This document shows positions 1 through 8,500 of a stretch of 59,891 nt of DNA, piece after piece (the stretch's first letter is position 1; every line of letters starts with the position of its first letter). A program made the position numbers and the translations under genes. The DNA is taken from IMG/VR virus record IMGVR_UViG_3300006111_000001. One strand, given 5' to 3'. The stretch is from a virus. The notes under the pieces are model-generated. The model saw nothing but the letters and a program-made list of their open reading frames with translations. It ran no database searches and was not told the origin of the DNA.

Positions 1-120
1 TCAGATTGATATAGGTTGACGTGGAAACGGTCGGAGTCGCCGTCAACGTATCGCCGCTTTTCAAAAACAAATATGGATTTCCATAATTGTCCAATGGCAA
101 ACCCTGCCAAGTTGCAGAAT
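1..120. repeat. Terminal direct repeat, left copy (identical to 59772..59891)
   Basis: The first 120 nt of the window (tcagattgatataggttgacgtgg...gttgcagaat) recur exactly at the last 120 nt. The repeat lies inside the 3' end of a minus-strand ORF, so it is more likely circular-assembly overlap or terminal redundancy than an att site. Confidence 0.9.
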
Positions 121-450
121 TGAACATATTGACATTAAGCGCAGTCGAAACCGCACCGGCACCAGCCGGGATAGCAACCGTTGTTTGATAATAATTGACC
201 GCTGATCGGGTCACAAAAACCTGCACATTGTAAGCCGTGGACGTACAAGTATTTGCCGCTGTCAACGAAAAACACGCCGACCCATTGGCCCCAGCCGTGT
301 AAATCGTCACATTGTTAGCCGCATTGGATTGCACAAGGCCCAACGTAGGCGTTTGAACGGTTACAACGCTATTGGGCGTCGTTGCTGCATTGACCCCGCT
401 TGCAATGCCCACAAGTGATAATACAAGGGCCGAACTACAATAAAATTGAC
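1..450 (-). CDS. Fibre-module protein with signal-like N-terminus, T/N/G-rich (149 aa)
   Basis: Hand translation from ATG at 450..448 (MNARQFYCSSALVLSLVGIASGVNAATTPNS...STYINL) to TGA at 3..1. Not in the ORF track. Hydrophobic N-terminus followed by low-complexity T/A/N-rich sequence like the neighbouring fibre-module proteins. Confidence 0.45.
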
Positions 451-456
451 GCGCGT

Positions 457-1947
457 TCATTTTATGCCTCCAAAAGACCCCATAAGCACGGACACAGACG
501 CAGCTTGAATGTAAGCCGCCGTTGTTCCGCTAGATGATGTTCCGCAAGAAAAACCGGTGCCATTTGTGTAATTTAAATGATTGCCACCCGTATCCGTACA
601 TGATGGTAAGGTTGCAGCAGTTGGGCTTGCGGTTGAAGCGGTGACGTTTGCCACCACCGTATTTGCTGATTGTGTAGCGTGCATCGGTAAAGTGACCGTT
701 GCGGTATCCCCAGAAGTGATTACCGTGCCATTCACAGCTGGAATTGTTGTTGTAAAATTGGACGCTCCGGCGTTTGCCATGGTCAATGTATTAGCGCCCG
801 TCGATGACCCCAAAATCTTTATTGTTGAATTGTTATACGTTTGAACCGCCGTCCAAGTTTGCGCCAAATTCAATTCGGCAATGGTTCCGGTATTAGCTGG
901 TAAGGTTGCCGTGGTTGATCCGGCCACCGCTGTGGGAACAATCGTTGTGGCGCCACTTGTGGCACCTTGCATTATCAACGATCCGCCAACCGGCCCCGTT
1001 GATTGACCCAAAGTCAAAGCACCATTGGAAATCGTTGCATTGGCATTACCAGACACGGCATTTGTGGTTGAGGCGTAATAACTCAATTGCCCGGACGTAC
1101 CGGAATTGACCGTACCCGATCCGCCCGAAATAGTATTGCAGCCAAACCCCGTACTTGTGGTCCAAGTCAGCGCACTGGTCGCAGCCGAGCAAGATGGAAT
1201 GGCAAAAGACGCAATGTTAGCCGTTGACCCGGTGTTATTCCCCAAAATCGTGTTAGCCGTAATTTGCGGCAAATTTGCCAAAGTCAGACTATTTGACGGG
1301 AATGTAATCGTGGACGTTGCTTGCAGAGTGGTAAATTTGCCCGTGCTGGCCGTTGTGACGCCCACCGCCATGCTATTCAAACCGGTTGACGTTATGCTGC
1401 CAACGCTTGTTGGCGAAACAGTCCCCCCACCGGAATAAAAATTGATAACGCCCCCGGTTCCAAGCGCACCAATGTCAAATTCACCATCTGTAGTATAAGT
1501 ATAAGCCGCATGAGCAGCTGTAAACGGAGCTGCGGCCCCAGCACTATTATTTATGCCAAAATCCGCATAATGCGTTGAATCATTGCCATCGTCCGCCGTT
1601 ACAACAAAGTCAGATGAGGCACTTGATCCGCTATTGGTATTTTGAAGGCTCAATTGATAGAAATTATTGGCGTTTCCGGTAAATTGAAACGCCGTTGCGC
1701 CAGAACTTGTATATCCCGGCACACCCACATTGGTTCCCAGCGCAATTGATCCGCTTGTGGTGATCGGATTGGCCGTACAGGTTAAGCCGCCATTGGTCGA
1801 ACACGTCACAGACGTAACCGTACCCGATCCGCTGCCACCACTTGACGCCCCCGACGAAATCACAATTCCACTATTTCCCAATTGCTGAGCAATTGCGGGA
1901 ACGCAAACAATCAAGCCAAATAAAACAATAGCAAGCCGCTTCATCAT
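457..1947 (-). CDS. Putative tail fibre / receptor-binding protein, G/S/T-rich
   Basis: 496 aa; hydrophobic signal-like N-terminus (MMKRLAIVLFGLIVCVPAIAQQ); extreme Gly/Ser/Thr/Asn richness; sits in the distal tail module. Confidence 0.5.
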   Translation of the reverse strand: MMKRLAIVLFGLIVCVPAIAQQLGNSGIVISSGASSGGSGSGTVTSVTCSTNGGLTCTANPITTSGSIALGTNVGVPGYTSSGATAFQFTGNANNFYQLSLQNTNSGSSASSDFVVTADDGNDSTHYADFGINNSAGAAAPFTAAHAAYTYTTDGEFDIGALGTGGVINFYSGGGTVSPTSVGSITSTGLNSMAVGVTTASTGKFTTLQATSTITFPSNSLTLANLPQITANTILGNNTGSTANIASFAIPSCSAATSALTWTTSTGFGCNTISGGSGTVNSGTSGQLSYYASTTNAVSGNANATISNGALTLGQSTGPVGGSLIMQGATSGATTIVPTAVAGSTTATLPANTGTIAELNLAQTWTAVQTYNNSTIKILGSSTGANTLTMANAGASNFTTTIPAVNGTVITSGDTATVTLPMHATQSANTVVANVTASTASPTAATLPSCTDTGGNHLNYTNGTGFSCGTSSSGTTAAYIQAASVSVLMGSFGGIK

Positions 1948-2339
1948 TTGTAATAGCTCACGTTGATAGTGGCGCTTGCAGTCGTTTGAATAAACTGCAA
2001 CGAAGCCAGATTGCCCGTGTAAGACAAAGCAGAACCCGCCGCGACCAGCATGCCAACAGATGCAGTTGGTGCCACACCATCATCGCGCCACCGAACAGAT
2101 TGTGTTTCAACCACGATAACAGCCAATGTCGCCCCGGTCGGCACGGTCAAAAACGTTGCCCCAGACAATGAGGTGATTTGCTGATACCCCAATGGCGTTA
2201 CAAATGCCGTGGACACCGTGCAGCTTGGTTGACTGCCAGGGCATCCAACCGTTGAAATCTTACTTGGAACAACGCTTGCCGCAGTTTGGGCAAAAGCCGG
2301 TGATACCAAAAGCCAAAAAACGACAATTAACCATTTCAT
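1944..2339 (-). CDS. Small secreted/structural protein (signal-peptide-like N-terminus)
   Basis: 131 aa; MKWLIVVFWLLVSPAFAQ leader; start overlaps upstream stop (translational coupling). Confidence 0.45.
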   Translation of the reverse strand: MKWLIVVFWLLVSPAFAQTAASVVPSKISTVGCPGSQPSCTVSTAFVTPLGYQQITSLSGATFLTVPTGATLAVIVVETQSVRWRDDGVAPTASVGMLVAAGSALSYTGNLASLQFIQTTASATINVSYYK

Positions 2340-4747
2340 TTTTTGGCCTCCAATTCTTCAAGCCGGGCAGTGAGTTCACGCACCGCTTGCCACAACACCG
2401 GAATTAATTGATCCGGCCTCAAATGATGTGTGCCATCTTCGTCTTGCACATATCCGGCAAAATCTTTGCCCGTGGCGGCAAACGCATCGCGCACTTCGGT
2501 AGCCAAGAAACCCCAATGGGTCCGCTTGCCAGGACGATCCACAAATTTTTTAACTTTGACCTTTTTTGCGATCATGCGCGGGACAGGGTGCATTTTTTGC
2601 TGCAATTGTCCCGGCTCGCCTTTTTTGCCCGGCACAAATTCCATGACCGGATTGCCATCGGCATCAACCACCGGCATCAAGTCATAAACGCCAGTTTCCG
2701 TTTTAACGATCCGGTCAAACGCAACCGGCTTGCCGTCCACAATTTGAATATCGTGAACAACGCCCTCAGACACTTCGCTTTCGTGAACAAGTTGATCTTC
2801 TTCAACTTCAATTTCATCCCGTCCACCGGCAATCCACTTAAACGTCTTTGGTTCAAGGGATTTAATGATGGGCAACACATCCGAAACCGGCTCAATATCG
2901 GTTTTTAAACTTGGATCAGATGTTTGAATGGTGCCATTGACAGCCCACACCGCAGACCACCGGCCCGCCGCCGTGCCGCATGTGTAAGCATTGTCAGATA
3001 ACCCAGCCAAATGACCGCCAAACACAGCCGCATAACCACCGCCCCCGGTAAATGTGGCGCGTCCATTTAACGTCAAACCAGCCAGAACGCCCGTGCCGTC
3101 AATGTTAATATAAGCACTGGACGTTCCGCCGCTCAAAATGCCCACTTGACCAGACACGCATTGAATATAAGCCGTCCCCGGATTCATTGTGGAATCTGGA
3201 AACGCTTTACCCGCCCCATATGATCCGTTTAAATAAATGCGAGCGGAATCGGCCAAAACAATCGATGCACTGGTGCCAGGATTATATCGGTGCGCTTGGG
3301 TCAAGTCGATTGCCGCGCGATACCCGGACAGACCTTTAAACGAAATGCCCGCGTCCACCGGAAATTTTACAGTAGACCCGCCAATAACATTGGTTCCGCT
3401 GGAATCCATCAGCCAGCCAATCCACGTATTGCCGTAACCAACAGTCGTCGTGGTTCCGCTGTAGAAAGTGGATTGCGACGTGCTGGACCCGGCTCGCAGC
3501 ATGCTATGAAACCAACCGATACATGCCACGTCATAAGATGTGGTGCCAGAAAGATTGGTGTAATCAAATTCAAACGGGTTTAGATACGTGCCATCTTTGT
3601 AAGACGTGGCCCCGCCGTTCATGATTGAAACGGCAGGACACGTTGCAAACCCATAAGTCGCATCGCCGGACGTAATTGTGGGCTTGGCCAATGCCGAAAT
3701 GCCAACATTGACATTCAACGCGGCGCAATCGCCCTTATTGTCCTGATAGACATTTAATTGCATGCCAACGGCGCTTGTCCGTTGCGTCAACGGATTGCCA
3801 AAAACGGTATAATCCGTGCTGCTATTCCAGCCCGAATAGTTCCGCATAAACAAAGCAAAGGGAAAGGTTTGCGGCATGTAATAAATACCGGTTGAATACC
3901 CCCCCAGCGTGTTTAGGCCGGTGACATAATGTTCAATGGAAAAATTCTGGCGCGACCAATCCCCGTTAAAATATTTGGTATTATCGGCCAAAGCAAAATT
4001 AGTCAGGTCCGGTTGCATTGTGACCATTGAATAAAATTTGCCGCGCTTGGATTGCGAGCCATCCAACGCCAAAGACGCAACTTGCCCTTGACCATAGAAA
4101 TTTGCCGTTAATTTCGGCCAAGTCTGATATGTCGCACCACCCGTCGAGCTTCCGCCATCCGATGACGCGGTTATGGTTGTGGTATAAAGCCCAACGGGAA
4201 CATAAATGCTGCCATTTGTATTGGCGCCAATCGCCGTTGTGACCGCAACCGTATTGTCATACCCATAAGTCGAAATACCGCCATAATACGCAAGATTGCG
4301 CGGCAAATCCTGATCTTGAATGTTCCGAAATGTCGGAGACGCGGTGACACCCGTGGACGCATTCCCCGGCCCCGCCAAAAATGTTTGGCTGGACACCGAA
4401 ATAAACGACGCGCTTAAAGTGCCAAACGTGGTGACGGGCGATCCGGTAATACCAAATAAAGCCGTGGGCAAAAATAGGCCAACCGAATTGACCCCAGCCC
4501 CAGATACCGCGACCCAGCCCGCGCTTGTCGTGGTTCCCGTGGTGACACATGCATAATAAGCCCGATTGGTCACGTCATAGCAGAAATCGGGCGGTACACC
4601 CCCGGCAACACCTTGCTGCCCGGCAACATGCCCGTTTGGATTCCCGGCATAGACAAAGACATTAGGCGATTGAATATTTGAACTCATAAACCACCTATTG
4701 AACAAACCAATTGCCCGCGCCATCGCATTGCAGCGTTGCACTGGCAA
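2336..4747 (-). CDS. Tail fibre/tailspike with C-terminal intramolecular-chaperone (peptidase S74-like) domain
   Basis: 803 aa. C-terminal ~195 aa carry the hallmark pattern of the endosialidase/T5 L-shaped-fibre chaperone domain: ...TSDPSLKTDIEPV... and terminal ...HLRPDQLIPVLWQAVRELTARLEELE. N-terminal body is G/S/T-rich. Confidence 0.6.
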   Translation of the reverse strand: MPVQRCNAMARAIGLFNRWFMSSNIQSPNVFVYAGNPNGHVAGQQGVAGGVPPDFCYDVTNRAYYACVTTGTTTSAGWVAVSGAGVNSVGLFLPTALFGITGSPVTTFGTLSASFISVSSQTFLAGPGNASTGVTASPTFRNIQDQDLPRNLAYYGGISTYGYDNTVAVTTAIGANTNGSIYVPVGLYTTTITASSDGGSSTGGATYQTWPKLTANFYGQGQVASLALDGSQSKRGKFYSMVTMQPDLTNFALADNTKYFNGDWSRQNFSIEHYVTGLNTLGGYSTGIYYMPQTFPFALFMRNYSGWNSSTDYTVFGNPLTQRTSAVGMQLNVYQDNKGDCAALNVNVGISALAKPTITSGDATYGFATCPAVSIMNGGATSYKDGTYLNPFEFDYTNLSGTTSYDVACIGWFHSMLRAGSSTSQSTFYSGTTTTVGYGNTWIGWLMDSSGTNVIGGSTVKFPVDAGISFKGLSGYRAAIDLTQAHRYNPGTSASIVLADSARIYLNGSYGAGKAFPDSTMNPGTAYIQCVSGQVGILSGGTSSAYINIDGTGVLAGLTLNGRATFTGGGGYAAVFGGHLAGLSDNAYTCGTAAGRWSAVWAVNGTIQTSDPSLKTDIEPVSDVLPIIKSLEPKTFKWIAGGRDEIEVEEDQLVHESEVSEGVVHDIQIVDGKPVAFDRIVKTETGVYDLMPVVDADGNPVMEFVPGKKGEPGQLQQKMHPVPRMIAKKVKVKKFVDRPGKRTHWGFLATEVRDAFAATGKDFAGYVQDEDGTHHLRPDQLIPVLWQAVRELTARLEELEAKK

Positions 4748-5492
4748 AATTGGATCGAAGGTTAAAAGCGGACGTGGACCCTAAAATGGTGTCCCCGGAA
4801 TAAGGCGTCACAGCGATATTGTAGGTTTGAGCCGTGCCAATTTCGTCAGTAACGGTAATTTTGTTCCAGATATAAGTGGACGTGCATTGGTAAAGATTTT
4901 CGGTCTTGTTTGAAGCCGTGGCACTTTTCCAAGCAATCGTGCTTAGAGACGGAATTGCGGTATCCGTTGACCCAGATGTGATTTGGCGCCCCACATTGGC
5001 CGTTGACGTTGTGGTGGACACGGATAGTGAATTAATCTGGCTTTGAAGCTGTTGAGTGATATAGGTTAGGTAATCTAACCCGCCCTCAATCGCCTTAAAT
5101 GTCGGCCCCTGGTTGGAAATCGACACCGTTTGAACCAAAGGAACCACACGCGAAATCGTGATGTAATATCCCGCCGATAATGGCGATCCGGTTAAGGGAT
5201 AAGTGACCGTCCCGCCAATGCTTCCAACCCCTGTCAGGGTGTATTGGCTTGGCGTTAATGTGGTCAAAGTGTTGGGAGTGACATTGGTATTTAATACTGT
5301 GATGACCGCATCCCCAGCCGACACCATGGGGAAATTATAGGTGAACGAGGTTGTAACCCCATTTCCTTGCGCCGTGGTCGAACTTGACGTGGTTGAAACG
5401 GTCGAAAATACCGGGTCCGCAATCAGTCCCAGTACAACAAAGACCAGAATTTTAAACACGGCGGACAAGCGCATTTGCACCTTTTCCGCCAA
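4695..5492 (-). CDS. S/T-rich structural protein (fibre module)
   Basis: 265 aa; hydrophobic N-terminal segment then Ser/Thr-rich sequence; start may be the TTG at 5492 or the internal ATG (MRLSAVFK). Confidence 0.4.
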   Translation of the reverse strand: MAEKVQMRLSAVFKILVFVVLGLIADPVFSTVSTTSSSTTAQGNGVTTSFTYNFPMVSAGDAVITVLNTNVTPNTLTTLTPSQYTLTGVGSIGGTVTYPLTGSPLSAGYYITISRVVPLVQTVSISNQGPTFKAIEGGLDYLTYITQQLQSQINSLSVSTTTSTANVGRQITSGSTDTAIPSLSTIAWKSATASNKTENLYQCTSTYIWNKITVTDEIGTAQTYNIAVTPYSGDTILGSTSAFNLRSNFASATLQCDGAGNWFVQ

Positions 5493-5566
5493 GGGATGTT
5501 ATGGCCGACGCATCTTTGCGCTCTTGCCTAAGACTTCTTTAACCCGACGCAGCGGTTAAGGTCTAG

Positions 5567-8500
5567 CTATTCGCCATTCCTAGCCCGCATTTTATCTTCC
5601 ATTGCACCTTTGATAATGTCGTTTGGCCCCCCGACACTTTGAGCCGCAATCATATTTGCCGCAGCCGTCCGGCTGGATGAAATCGTTTTGGTGATGGTTT
5701 CCGCCCGGATATTCTTGGGGATTTGCTGCCAGCCCGGATTTTGAACCAAAGCGTTTAATCGCATTTTGGCTAACCGGCCCGCCGTCTGGGCATATTGGTC
5801 ATATTGCTCATCGGTCAAATCCTGCCCTCGGATTGACCGGCGCAATTTCCCAACCCCCAGACCCAAGGCGTTCATTTCCTTAACCACCGAATCATTGGCA
5901 TAACGATCCGCCGTGCCACTTTGCGGGATTGGTTCGCCAAACATATCTCGTTTGGGCAATAGGCCAATTGAGACAAACGGCACCTTGGCCTTGGCGGCAT
6001 CCAATAAGGTCCGCGCTTCGCGTTGATACGGATCGACCGCGTGAGCCACTTGACTCATGCCAACGCTAAACGGCATCCAATTGATGACCATCCCTCGAAT
6101 ATAGCTTTCGCCATATTCTTCCGGATGAAACACCGCATTCAGCATGTCAGACAATCCTTTCATAAAGGTTTCATCCAACACCGCTTTATTAAACCCTTCA
6201 AACGCCGCTTTGGCTAAAACCGTGCCATCTTCACCATCCCAGCCATGCGCGGCTTCGGTCATATTGGCCCCAAACCGCATAAGCATGGCAAACGGCCCCA
6301 GACGGTCATAGGCCACCGACACATCGCCAATGGTAATGTGATTGGGTTTATTGGCCATCAGCCACACACGGCGCTCATTGGGATCAGCAGGGCCATCCCC
6401 GGTCATCAACCCATTTAAGGTCATCATGACGGATGTACCGATTAAAGCCGTGCCGGTGGCGATTTTGCCAAATTGCATGTCTTGAGCAGACCCGCCGTTT
6501 TGCCCGGACAAATTGCCGCGCACGTCCCTATCCAATAAGCCAATGGGCGAGCGTTCAATAAATGCTTCGCGGGTTATTTGGGTGCCAATTTTCATAAACG
6601 GCACAATGATTTTTGCCGCTAGGTTTGAATTGGCCGCAGCTGTTAATTTCCCTGAAAACGAATTGTAATCCGCAGGCGCCATGAATAATTCTTTCATGGC
6701 ATCCGCACTTGCAGCAATCATCATTTCCGGTGTCGGCTTTTGAGTTAATTCCGCAACCCGTCCTTTGAACGCATCCCCGGTCAAACCATCATTCATGGCT
6801 TCCCGATAGGCCAAAGATTGAATGTTTTGCTCATATCGCAGGGATTTAAAAAACGAGTGAATGGCCGCAACCGATTTGGACGGCACATTGATAATTTCGC
6901 CAACCTTGCCCGGAATGGCCCGCGTGTTCATATCGGTAAAATGACCAGATACCTTTTCCCCAGGCAATGCAGGGGAAATGCCGGTTTTAAACGCTTGCGT
7001 TGCCGCCATTAAGCCATCGGATGATCCCTTCATCATGCCGTATAATTGCGCGCCCGCCTCACCTAAATAAACTCGATTTTTGACCTCATAGCCCAAAGCC
7101 TCGCGCGCCGCGCCGACCGCAGACGCCACCGGAATTTCGATCAAAGGACGCGCCAAGGCATTTAACGCATTGCCCACCGAATACCGGGCATGGGTTATCG
7201 GCCCCGAAATCAAAGCATTAACGTAATATTCCAATATGGCGTTTTTGATCGACCCACGGGCGGAATCATTAACAAACTTGGCCACTTGTCCCGGCGTTTG
7301 CAGGTTCATCCCAAATTGCGCTTCTTGCCTTAGTTGTTCCGGTGTCCGGCCAATGGTGCTTTGGAAGAATTGCGCCAACGCTTCGGCATCCGCCGACCCT
7401 TCCAGCTTACGGAATGCTCCCAACGCCCGGCCAGCTTCCGCCGTAATCCCCGCCACTTGCTCTTGAATCATCAAGTGACGTTGCCGCGCTTTGGCATAGG
7501 CCATCACATCGGCATCCGATCCATTGGCCGCTTTTGCCATCAAATCACGCACTTCCGTCGCAGATTGAATTAACAGCTTTCGAGCCGCAAGGATTTGTTC
7601 GGCGTTGAACGCTTCCCCGATCCGGCGCCAATTGAGTTTTGCCGCATTCATGCCCAAAGCATCGGCCAGGTCCAATTGTTCCCCGGCAGAAATCACGCCC
7701 CGCCGTGCGGCCATGAAATCTTCATTATCCGCCGCCGTTTGACGCAAAACTTCTTTTACATCTTCCGGTGTATTGAGATTATCTAACCGGATATTCCCGG
7801 CCTTATCTACAAGGTCTGATTCATCGGTTGCGAACCGCTCATTGGGTCCGGCTGGGTATTCTGTCTTGCTCCCATTAGACCTAGTGCTGCGTCCGCGTGA
7901 TCCGCTGCTTTCTTGAACATCGACCGCACCTCCTCCGGCAGGTCCTGATTGCCCGCCATCATCCGCGCTCTTGATCGGCCCTCTAGCAGATTCTTCCGCC
8001 CGGTATTCATTTTCCAAATCCTCCTCGGTGCGCGGATTGTCGTAATCCGGCACGTTATCACCTTCCCAAGCATCGCCTTTGGCTTCTAAATGAGACTTGG
8101 CCCATTCTTCCGCGTGGCGCAATTCGCGCTCAAAATCCGCTTCCTGAGAATGAATTTCCTTTAATTGTTCTTCGGTTGACATGCGGCTGGCAACTTCATT
8201 CCAGAACTCGCTATGCGACATGCCGTCCGCTTTAATGCCCAATTCCCCGGCAATTCGATCCACTTCGGAATTGTGGTTTAAAGCATCCTGATAGGCTTTA
8301 ACCTTGTCATAATCAAAATCGGAGAATTGATGGTCCCCGTTTACGTCACGGGTTAGCTTTTCCAAAAATTGATTAATCGTGGGACGTTCACCGCCCAATT
8401 CAGGGAAAAACCCGGCTTCTTCCGCCGCTTGCGCCACCCGGTCAATATCTTTGCCCGTTTTGCGCAGCACCCCGCCATTACGCTTGCCACCAAACAATGC

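Noticed and set aside
1-120. Terminal repeats as prophage attL/attR in a host chromosome
   Set aside because: The repeat lies within a fibre-module coding sequence far from the integrase/tRNA fragment, and the window has no host-like flanking genes; circular assembly overlap fits better.
581-1438. Plus-strand ORFs (581..844, 906..1109, 1106..1438) antisense to the fibre gene, and many similar antisense ORFs throughout the late operon (e.g. 2408..2908, 12280..12747, 18685..19041, 27641..28180)
   Set aside because: They lie wholly inside longer, better-supported minus-strand genes, have odd R/C/H-rich or low-complexity composition, and are expected shadow ORFs in GC-rich coding DNA.
1-5492. 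Diversity-generating retroelement acting on the fibre genes
   Set aside because: No reverse transcriptase ORF and no obvious template/variable repeat pair were seen near the fibre module.
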